DNA of 63,006 bases, the filler included, from Octopus bimaculoides (lineage: Eukaryota): assembly GCF_001194135.2 (NCBI RefSeq). It is 8 parts of 7 records of this genome, joined end to end, with 100 filler letters (N's around TTAATTAATTAA, not from the genome) between each part and the next. Parts side by side here need not be neighbours in the genome. Positions count along the whole stretch, not along the records: positions 52,564 to 63,006 come from NC_068987.1; 7 more parts are not named here. One strand, written 5' to 3'. Below are positions 52,464 to 63,006 of this stretch, one piece after another; position 1 is the first letter of the stretch, and each line of letters begins with the position of its first letter. Made by a program: the position numbers and the translations under genes. The notes beneath the pieces are model-generated. The model saw only the letters and a program-made list of their open reading frames with translations. It was not told the origin of the DNA and ran no database searches.

Positions 52464-54107
52464 NNNNNNNNNNNNNNNNNNNNNNNNNNNNNNNNNNNNN
52501 NNNNNNNTTAATTAATTAANNNNNNNNNNNNNNNNNNNNNNNNNNNNNNNNNNNNNNNNNNNNTATATATATATATATATATGACTTTCTAGGATGGAGA
52601 ATAATCGTTATTATACAAAAATCATTTGGAACTATATTCCTCATCATTTTTGTCACCACAGTCACAATATTTTGTCTCTTCTCTCTTTAGGTTCTTTATA
52701 AGGTGACTGTCATATTTTAATCTTAACGCTTTTAGAATTCTGAACAGTGCTCTTTATCTTTTTGTGTTCATAATACACTCAATTCATTAGGGTGTGTCAG
52801 GCACAACCGTTGTTTCGACATCGCTGTGTCTCGTCATCAAGAGGCACCCACACTAATGAATCTAACAAAACGTTAGAGGCTCTTGTCTGTAACTTTAGGA
52901 GACAAACTGTTTGTTGATCTGCGCCGATATCTGCCAACCGATAATAAATCGTTATATCCTCAGCGAATAGCGAACATCATAACAATAACCTGTATTTATT
53001 CTTAATACGTTTTTTAAGCAAACACCCTCATATAGTGTACATCTCCATGCGAGGTCGGTAAAATAAGTATCAGTTGGGAACTGAGAGATGTAATTAATTT
53101 ACCGACCCACTCGAAATTGTTGGCCTTGAGCCAAAATTTAAAACTAATATTTACCAGAACATTATTCTTATATACAGTAATGTTTTCGTTTCTAGCAAAG
53201 ATACTTTTGCAAAGTTTTCTAGAAAACGTTAGATGTTACATTCTTTAATGCATTTAAATACTTTTTCCTTATATGTGCTGCTGGATTTGGGGTACATCTT
53301 AGACTCTCGAGCAGTATTTCCCAGGCTCTAACCTGGCCTCTATGAGGTATGATTACGTTGATGCATAAACTTAGTGATAATATTCAGTAAAACATTTCTT
53401 GCTCATTTCTGAGCTCCTCACAAAAGTAAAAGAAGAGCTTCTTGCTTTGTTTTCCTTGCTTCTTTTATCAGAAACATAAGTGAAGCCATGCTGGAGTCAT
53501 TTTACTAGGCTTTTATTTTTGTAATTTCAGAAATGCCTTTCATATTCAGACACAAAAATTTTTAACTTTCATTACTGATACGTGTTAAGTATCAAATCTT
53601 CAGAAACTGAGTTAGTACAAAACCAGAAACTGAAACAAGACCAGCATGTACCATCTTTAATATCACTAATTTTTAAAGTATTTTATGTTTTAATCTGTAA
53701 ACAGATAACAAAAATTATAATACAAAATTAATCTAAGCATTTAACTGTTTCAAAAATAGTTATCATTAAACATTCATTAAAATAACATGAAAAGAAAAAA
53801 AATCGTACAACGTAGCTGACATATCACCCTGGCCCTAAAGTTGTTTCGCTGGGGAATCAATCCCTAAGAGATAGTCCCATAGAGAAAATACTGGGAAAAA
53901 TGATGGACCTATGAATTGTTTGGTGGAGAAATTGTGGCTGCGAAATGTTGCAGAACAAAGTATAAAATCCTCCCGCCGAGATTGACTGCTTTTCATCCTT
54001 TCGCAGTCGTGATAATCGAATTAATTTTCCATTCAAATTGCTGGCCTTGAGCTAAAATTTGAAATTATTATCATCGTTAATTCTTCTTCTTCTTTTCTCT
54101 CTCTCTC

Positions 54108-54167
<60 letters not shown>

Positions 54168-54199
54168 NNNNNNNNNNNNNNNNNNNNNNNNNNNNNNNN

Positions 54200-54255
<56 letters not shown>

Positions 54256-55412
54256 ACAATAAAGAAAACGATTAGTAAAGTCTACACTGTCTAAAATATC
54301 CTTACAAATTCTAATTTTCATTTTTTTTTTCTATCGAAATGCAGTTTTCAAGAATCTTCTATTACTGAAGATTTTATCTACACGATTCAATCACAAGAGT
54401 GAGCTTTATTCACTGTGACATCGTCATCTTAAACTGCGAGATTACACAGCATTTGTTTTCATTCCTGTTTATACTTCTGGAAAGAAAAAGGTCACACAAA
54501 TATTTGCGATACTACTCTCTTCAGACACACAGCAATAAAAACATTTCTCTAAATTATAACTCTAATCCAGTGTCAGTTGTATTAAGCTTATTTCAATATC
54601 CTTGAAATTATCTGATATGAATCTAAACTGAAGGCTTTTACATGGCTAAGTTACGTGAACATAATATCTGATTTCTTTACAAGTTCCTACGCCGTCTTTC
54701 AGTGTTTGCTGTTGTTTTAAATTTATTGACTGAACGAATGAGTACTATTTAACGAATAAATAAATGACAAAAAAAGCAACATATCAAAAAAATTAACACA
54801 AACTGGGAATCAAATGTGTAAACAGCAAGCCTAGAAATGGTCTTCCTGCCAGTGTGTATAGAGATCATAAATTGTTCATATGTATAAATCTGAACTTGCA
54901 TTGTATGATACTTTCATTGAAGTAACGAACAAACACACCAGTTAGTTTAGCCATCTCTTCTGAAGATATGAAGAAATGGAACATGTAGGCCAGAGGGAAA
55001 AGGTCGGCGAGAAAGACAGTCGTTCATTAGCAATTTTGTTCAACAGATTGTTCATTTATAGCTTTTCAGTCTGCTGGACACAGTAAGTAAATTTTCCGAA
55101 ATTCACAACTTGCCGTCTTAGTTAACGGGTATAATGACCAATACACGTATGCGTATACATATGCAGACGATGTGATCGTCTTGAATGGGATGACTTTTAT
55201 CACTTGTCGCTTTCGACTGCGACTCTTATAAAATATCTATGATGCTTATTTCAAACCTATGGAAAAAAGGCGCTCGAACTACAAACACGGCAATCAAATT
55301 TTCTGCAAATCATTCTAGCGCCTTAAATTGGAAAAAAGACTCATTAGAATCATGTGTGTGTGTGTGTGTGTATGTGTGTATGTGCACGCGCATTTATATT
55401 TGTAGTCTTTTA

Positions 55413-55804
55413 TTCTTTCATTCTTTTACTTGTTTCAGTCATTTGACTACGGCCATGCTGGAACATCGCCTTAAAGGGTTTTAGTTGAACAAATCGACCC
55501 CAGGACTTATTCTTTGTAAGCCCAGTACTTATTCTATCGGTGTCTTTTGCCGAACCGTTAAGTTACGAGGTCATAAACACACCAGCATCAGTTGTCAAGC
55601 GATGGTGGTGGGGGACAAACAGAGACAACATATAAATATATATATATATATATACGACAGACTTTTTTCAGTTTCCGTCTACCAAATCCACTCACAAGGG
55701 TTTTGTCAGCCCGAGACTATAGTAGAAGACACTTGCCCCAGGAATTGAACCAGGAGCGATGTGGTTAGTAAGAAAGCTTCTTACCACACAACCACGCCTG
55801 CATG
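55413..55804 (-). mobile_element. SINE S1, near full length
   Basis: Reverse complement of 57638-58037. Confidence 0.85.
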
Positions 55805-57637
55805 TATTTTATGATTTCGTTTAGGAATATCGAAATTGGCGAAAACCTAGTATACATACGCCTTAGAATAAAGCATTAGGCGAGAAAAGAGCGTAATATA
55901 ACATTTTGAATGACAGTGGATCAGGAGTTACGCATTCAAACTTCATTAGCTTACAACTATTTCTACTATAAGAAGCAATGCTCTCAGACCTGAGTGCTTG
56001 TGCACCATCTTATAGCTTCCCTCGGAGCCTTTGACGTTTAGATACAAAGATATGCAATTCATAAATGTCTTCAAATGAATAGCAGAAAGATTCGCGGATG
56101 ATGTTGTTTCCTTGTAACACGTATTGACACACTTGCGCACACACGCGCACACACGCGCACACACATATCTAGTTTTTATCTAAGTTCAAAGGACAAATAT
56201 GTTAATTAATCTAGATCGCTGTAATTTAGTACACGGAAACATCTTTTTTTTTCCCGGAAGAAGGTGACAGATTACGTGACTTTGCTGAAATTTCTTCTTT
56301 AAGCTACAGACAGGAATAAAAAAACAACAAACTAACAATACGATACCCGCAAGCATTGTAAAAGTTAATGAAAAAAAGTTACTAATTGAAAAAGTATTTT
56401 ATTTACAGTAACTATGGAAACTAACACTTCCATTTTAAGAAAAAGTAGGTTTTCGAGAAAATTGCTTTAAACAATACGATTAAATTGTACTTAAATTTCT
56501 CTATATATCTATTTCACATCTGCGCACATCGAACGGTTCTATCTATACTTCGGATGCAAAAATTCTGAGCGAATCAAAATGGCTAAAGTCAATTTATCTT
56601 AAAGTGTGGTGAGTTCTTGTGATTATGTTTATATTAAATATTAATGGACATAGGCAGAACCGAGTACACATGCATGCATACATACATACATACATACATA
56701 CATACATACATACATACATACAGACAGACAGACAGACAGATAGACAGACAGACATGCATACATACACATATACGCACACATAAACATGCATAGCTAAATT
56801 ATGAATACTCATTTACATATTTATAATGTGTGTGTGTCTCACCACCGCCTGACAATCGGTGGTGGTATGTTTACGACCCCGTAGCTTAGAGGTTCGGCAA
56901 AGAAGATCGGGTTCGTTCCTAGCAAGTCGAACTAAATTCCAAGACATAATGTCGACTAATATTTTGTTAGTGAAATTTGGTTAACGGAAACTTTGGAGAC
57001 TCAGCATATATCTTAGAACACACAAACGCATACACACACAAACACACACACACACACATATGCACGCACACGCACACACACACACACACACACACATATA
57101 TGAATGTGAGTGTGTGTATGCTTTGTAAGCGTTCTGCACTTTTGCAATTCGACACAAGAGATCGATAACAGAAGTGCCAGACGTAAAATGGGTGGTAAGA
57201 TCGATACAATCTGTTAATGATTTGAAGACAGTGTTCCATCAGAGTCGCATGGAGCGAGAAAATGAAATATAACACACACACACGTACTCGGTGACACGAT
57301 ATATATATATATATATATATTTCACAGACTGTAATATATTTATTTATTTGTCCAGAGGTATGCTTCAGCAAAAGGGTGCAGTTAACATTCTTAAAATTAT
57401 GAATTATTTTAAGATTCGTCAAAAATGTAAAAAGGTGAATGAAGAGAGAGAGAAAGAGAGAGCGAGAGAGGAGGAGGAGGAGAGAGGTGGAGGAGGGGAG
57501 AGGAGGAGGAGGAGGAGAGAGGGAGTTAATCTCCTGATATATGATCTGGAAGAAATATATTTGGGCATACGTTGTACAAAATTTACTTCCAGAAAATTAC
57601 TTCCCGAAATATATATTCCATCATATATATATATATA

Positions 57638-58036
57638 GGCGTAGGAGTGGCTGTGTGGTAAGTAGCTTGCTTACCAACCACATGGTCCCGGGTTCAGACC
57701 CACTGCGTGGCATCTTGGGCAAGTGTCTTCTACTATAGCCTCGGGCCGACCAAATCCTTGTGAGTGGATTTGGTAGACGGAAACTGAAAGAAGCCCGTCG
57801 TATATATATATATATATATATGTTTGTGTTTGTGTGTCTGTGTTTGTCCCCCCAACATCGCTTGACAACCGATGGTGGTGTGTTTATGTCCCCGTAACTT
57901 AGCGGTTCGGCAAAGAGACCGATAGAATAAGTACTAAGCTTCCAAAGAATAAGTCCTGGGGTCGATTTTCTCGACTAAAGGCGGTGCTCCAGCATGGCCA
58001 CAGTCAAAAGACTGAAACAGGTAAAAGACTAAAAGA

Positions 58037-58037
<1 letters not shown>
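57638..58037 (+). mobile_element. Full-length tRNA-derived CORE-like SINE (family S1) with internal (TA)n(TG)n
   Basis: A-box tggctgtgtgg, B-box ggttcagaccc, CORE-like catcttgggcaagtgtctt, tail taaaagag. Many homologs in the window. Confidence 0.9.
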
Positions 58038-58072
<35 letters not shown>

Positions 58073-58170
58073 CAGGGAACATCTTCGCAACATTCACCGA
58101 CCTTTTAACAAAATTGCTGGAAGTCAGCTCTTCTCTCTGAACCTTCACTTGCCTTTTCAGATGGTATCAT

Positions 58171-58386
58171 TCCCACTGCGTGGCACCTTGGGCAAGTGTC
58201 TTCTGCTAGAGCCTCAGTCCGACCAAAGCCTTGTGAGTGGATTTGGTAGGCGGAAACTGAAAGAAGTCCGTCTTTTATATACACGGCTTTGGTCGGTCTG
58301 AGGCTATAGTAGAAGACACTTGCCCAAGGTGGCACGCGGTGGGACTGAATCCGGGACCATGTGGTTGGGAAGCAAGCTTCTTACTA
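58171..58386. repeat. Tail-to-tail inverted pair of S1 head fragments (hairpin)
   Basis: Arms 58171-58230 and 58285-58344 are complementary at 55/60 nt. Confidence 0.85.
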
Positions 58387-58723
58387 CACACACACACATA
58401 TATATTTGCTCAGTTGCCCTTTCGTTAATGCTCAGAGATTTATATTATGCAGACAAAATTAAACCAATAGCTGTTCGAGGCATACCTATATCTATACAGT
58501 AGTACATGCATTCATGCAAAAAGACAACATACAAGCACACAAACACACGCACACACACACAATTACACATGTGTATATTTGCATACAGCAGTCGCACATA
58601 CACATGTCTATGTACGCACAAATACACATGCATGCATACACACATAGATACCAACCTACTCACCTACTTATCTACTCATATACATACATACATACATATA
58701 TATTTACACGTGTGTGCATGTAT

Positions 58724-58772
<49 letters not shown>

Positions 58773-59036
58773 ACATACTTATATATGAAGAAAAGATCTT
58801 CCTTTGCGCATGCTTCATTAAATACATGACTATCTTCAAATTTTATCATTCTTTATTTTTATTCTTCATATTTTGTTATTATTTATTATTATTTTTTTTT
58901 TTTCAGTTGGATTGAATCATTAGATTTCCTAAATCCATATCCGTTGTTTCTAGACCTACACAGTCTCATTATCGAGAATGAATTTGAATGTTTCGTGTTT
59001 GTGTGGTTTCTTAAATTCTGATTGAATTTGTGCAGA

Positions 59037-59112
<76 letters not shown>

Positions 59113-59245
59113 ACACACACACACACACACCTACACACATGCATACATACATATATACATATATATATATGTATGTATATACAATATGTATGTATGTATG
59201 TGTGTGAACACACACACACATACATACATACATACATACATACAT

Positions 59246-59709
59246 AAAGCTGCAGATCAGTGAAAAAGAGAACACCTATGCTGAACTATTGAGAAATCTG
59301 TAGTTACTCAATCCAGATTACAAGTTCAGGTTTATACCTGTAATTATTGGGACACTGGGATATGTAACACACTGCCTAAATATCAGTCTTGAGAAATTAG
59401 GTTTCTCAAAACCAGAAACGAGAAAACTAATTCGAAGACTACAGATTCAATCCATCATTAGAACTGTAAAAATTTGTAAAAATGTTCAGTTTATCATTTA
59501 AATATATATGTGCATGTCTAGATACGCAGCTATATGCATAAGAAGACATCCATAAAACGAAACACAAAGCTGCACATATACATACATACAAACAATAAAT
59601 CCTGTTGTAGATGTTGAGATTCCAATGAAGGTGCATTGGATCTGGGTTAGAAACCGGCTCTTTCTCTATTGCTAAGAAATCTTGAAATAAAACTAAATAA
59701 TGACATACA
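59246..59709 (+). mobile_element. 3' end of a restriction-like-endonuclease LINE flanked by (CATA)n
   Basis: EKENTYAELLRNL*LLNPDYKFRFIPVIIGTLGYV...RTVKICK (stop about 59501), then a 3' UTR with internal CATA repeats. CATA repeats at both ends. Confidence 0.75.
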
Positions 59710-60559
59710 TATAACTCCCTGGTGCAGTACCGGTACTGGCTCTCATGGCTTCTGATCTTAACTGATTGGAAGAGTTATCTTGTACATATTCTGTCTTGGT
59801 GTAAAAGACGGTCTACAACAAATATTCTACTCAATGCAACATACTTGCTTGTCAGTTGTTTGATCATAATCAGTTGAGTGGCTGACGATATGTGCATCTA
59901 TGATCAAGAGCAGGAATAGTGTGGGAGCATTTTAGTCATGTGCTGAGAGGAATTCTTTGGAGGTTGAATAATTCACCTCTGGAAGAAACGTGTGTTTCGT
60001 TTATCGACCTTAAAGAACCCTTATTTAGGGATCTTTTGAGCAGGATGGGCTACTCGACCTGAAGAATATTTTATCTGAGCCTCACCTACAAGGTCATACG
60101 CTGTTTGTCGTCATATAAGTTCACCATGTCGCGCACATATGGTTGTGATGTATGTGCCTTGTGTACCCTTATCATACGGGTAGTCTTGGTGTATATATTG
60201 GGCTTCGTATATTTGTACCCCAGTGTCACTTTGAGGGCATACGCTGCTCTCTTATCATAATAAAAAAAATATATATGTTTATAAATGTATGTGTGTATAT
60301 ATGCCTAAATACGACAATGACATCGCTTCTTCCCCTATCCACGACCAACGGACACTATGTACTCCCACAACACATGTAACAAACAACTAACCCTCTCTTT
60401 TCCCTCCCCCCCTTGAGATTCTTCTACATCCACTACAACTGCCGACAATTATCCACTATCATCTACAAACTTACCCACAAAAAGGTTCTACCTCACTACA
60501 CTCGTTTGCATATAGGCATGAAGTTCCCTGTATGCATCCCATTTACAGGTCTTTATGTG

Positions 60560-60852
60560 AAGGCGCGTGGATTAGGGGTCGAGGTAGGTGGCTTACGATC
60601 GGCGACGCATTGTATTGTTAAGCAAGACCTTTTATTTCTCGTAGCGCTAGGCCACTCAACTGGCAAAAATGAGTTGTACCTGTAATTCAAAAGGGCCAGC
60701 CTTGTCACTCTGTCTCATGCTGAATCTCCCTGAGAACTACGTTAAGGGTACACATGTCTGTGGAGTGCTCAGCCACTTGCACGTTAATTTCATGAGCAGG
60801 TTTTTCGGTCGATTGGGTCAGCTGGAATCCTCGTCGTTGTAGCTGAGTGCCA
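60560..60852 (+). mobile_element. S3-related SINE with a different head
   Basis: 3' part gtacctgtaattcaaaagggccagccttgtcac...gcacgttaatttcatgagcagg...gagtgcca is the S3 sense strand. Confidence 0.75.
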
Positions 60853-61508
60853 GTTACAGATCTATATCTATATGTTCCCGTTATATCAACCCTAGGCAGG
60901 TGCATATGTCACCAGCGTTGCCTTTCACACGTAAATAACTCCATATATTCCAAGTCTTCGGATGCACATGTATTCTCACCACGAAGAAAAGCATACATTT
61001 GCATCTGGCTGTACGTTGCCATATATGTATATTTAGGTGTAAATGATTTTATCTTTATAGATAAGTATACTTAAGTTCTAACGAGAGCCTGTTTGGTTAA
61101 TGTATTTACATTTCTTGCACATGTATGGCGTTTAAATGTGCATATAGTGTATACCTGTATGGGGATATGTATGTGTATTGGCGTAAATAAATAAATATAT
61201 ATAGGTACATATATGTGTTTGTGTGTGTACATTTATATATATATATATATATTTATAGTCTCCACTATCCACACATGTACCGATACGTTTATCTGATGTA
61301 GACGAAAAGCAAAAACTATATGTTTATATTTGTTCTGCATCTATTTATACGTGCAAGCCCTACAGTGACTATTTCTAAAAGTGCATAAACGTATCGTCTG
61401 CTTCAGTGCACACTCCAATTTGAATGTATTTATGCGCATGTGTATATACACGTATGCATAAGTTTGTGTAGGCACATATAGATTCATATTTCTATCTTTA
61501 CATACACA

Positions 61509-61555
<47 letters not shown>

Positions 61556-61839
61556 CTGTTACGTAATATGAAGACCGCATGTATTATGAGGAAAAAACAT
61601 GAAGCATGATGCTAGCATATTTCATATATTTCATGTCTATTGCGCATATTTTTCTCCAATCGATAACCAAGATCGATGACTAATGACAAATTTTAAATGT
61701 GACTTATAAAGTTCATTCGAGAATGCTAAACCTGTAATCGTACAGGGTCGAAACATTTCGCAATTATAATTTACCGTTATTCCTCGATCTTTATTATCGA
61801 TCGCAGGAACGTGCGTAACAGGTATGAAATAACGGTTTT

Positions 61840-62045
61840 AAATTTTGGTACAAGGCCAGCATTTATGGGAAGAAAGGGTGGTTGACTGTGTCGCCCCCAA
61901 TGCTTAACTGGTACTTATTTTATCGATCCTGAAAAAAAAAAATGAAAGGCAAAGTCAAGCACGACGGAACTAGAACTCGGAACGTGAAAACTTAAAATAC
62001 TGCTAAAAATTTTACCCACTGTGCTATCCGTTCTGCCAACTTGCG
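61840..62045 (-). mobile_element. SINE S2
   Basis: ggtacaaggccagc...aactggtacttattttatcgatcc...gaaaggcaaagtc...ctgcc. Confidence 0.75.
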
Positions 62046-62104
62046 GTATTAGGAATAGCAACTTCATGCTTCATCTTTTATTCTCATAGTATATTTGTTA
62101 CATG

Positions 62105-62136
<32 letters not shown>

Positions 62137-62137
62137 C

Positions 62138-62201
<64 letters not shown>

Positions 62202-62234
62202 TAATAATAATAATAATAATGATGATAACGTCTT

Positions 62235-62420
62235 CCAAAAATACCTTAGGGATGAGAATCCAGGTTCGAAATTTCCCCAAGACACCTGATGAAGGCTGGA
62301 GGGTATATCAGCCAAAACGTTGTGTTAACAACAAACANNNNNNNNNNGGCTGGAGGGTATATCAGCCAAAACGTTGTGTTAACAACAAACAAGATGAGGA
62401 TAAATATCTGTCAAATGTAA
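62235..62420 (+). mobile_element. H1 copy 3; hammerhead motif 62281-62326
   Basis: gacac-CTGATGA-a-GGCTG gagggtatat CAGCC-AAAAC-GTT-gtgtt (G12A). Follows an (AAT)n array. Partly duplicated across a 10-N gap. Confidence 0.75.
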
Positions 62421-62431
62421 ATAATGCAAAT

Positions 62432-62612
62432 AAGGAACTTTCCAGACGTTTATCATTTAAATATATATGAGCATGTCTAGATATGTAACTATATGCGTGA
62501 GTATACATACTTGAAACAAAACATACAAATCTTCACATATATATACATACATACATACATACCTACAAACAAGGAGGCTTTGATCTAGGTTAGAAACTAG
62601 CTCATTCATTCA
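62432..62612 (+). mobile_element. Short 3' fragment of the (CATA)n-associated LINE
   Basis: tttatcatttaaatatatatgagcatgtctagata... and tctaggttagaaac match 59490-59660. Confidence 0.6.
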
Positions 62613-62635
62613 TACATACATACATATGTACATCG

Positions 62636-62995
62636 TGGCACTCCGTCGGTTACGACGACGAGGGTTCCAGTTGATCCGATGAACGGACTAGCCTGCGCGT
62701 GAAAGTCGCTGAGCACTCCACAGACATGTGTACTCTTTAACGTAGTTTTCAGATTCAACGTGACACATAGTGTGACAAGGATGACACTTTGAAAATACAG
62801 GTACAACAGAAATTGGAAGAAAGAGTGAGAGAAAGTTGTGGTGTAAGTGTACAGCAGGGTTCGCCCCCCCCCCTGTCGGAGCCTCGTGGAGCTTTAGGTG
62901 TTTTCGCTCAATAAACACTCACAACACCCGGTCTGGGAATCGAAACCACGATCCCACGACCGCGAGTCCACTGCCCTAAACACTAGGCCATTGTA
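62636..62995 (-). mobile_element. tRNA-derived SINE family S3, near full length
   Basis: Minus strand has A-box tggcctagtg and B-box ggtttcgattccc; the body matches 19516-19746 and 23636-23897. Confidence 0.85.
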
Positions 62996-63006
62996 CTTCT
63001 GCACAT

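Noticed and set aside
59622-59670. Hammerhead-like reading of module Y (CCAATGA-AG-hairpin-AGAAACCGG; also at about 655, 4893 and 62575)
   Set aside because: The invariant G5 is A in all copies that include it, helix I pairing is poor, and an alternative GAGCC/GGCTC fold competes. Worth rescanning only with a family consensus.

Overview
This is AT-rich, microsatellite-saturated animal DNA from a gappy draft assembly. The repeat families look like Octopus (inferred from remembered octopus SINE sequences, not searched). Seven N50-TTAATTAATTAA-N50 spacers split the window into separately joined pieces. Almost every ORF in the supplied track is spurious (microsatellite or N-run) or a transposon relic. 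Real content: (1) Minus-strand spliced exons of an alpha-2-macroglobulin/thioester-protein (TEP/CD109-like) family gene at about 19.3-23.4 kb, largely missed by the ORF track. They carry the SPSxS-like, FYxVxSR and AVDKSVLLL motifs. One exon is frame-disrupted, and one exon end is tandemly duplicated at the entry to the bait region. (2) At least four tRNA-derived SINE families. (3) Restriction-like-endonuclease (R4/Dong-type) LINE ends sitting in (TAA)n and (CATA)n arrays, a CR1-type endonuclease fragment and a Tx1-like ORF1. (4) Tc1/mariner and Tigger-like DNA elements and a 235-bp palindrome. The most interesting signal is two unrelated short repeat families that fold into minimal type-I hammerhead ribozymes. 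One of them appears to be a tRNA-headed SINE with the hammerhead in its body. All family assignments come from motif recognition by eye; no database search or folding program was run.
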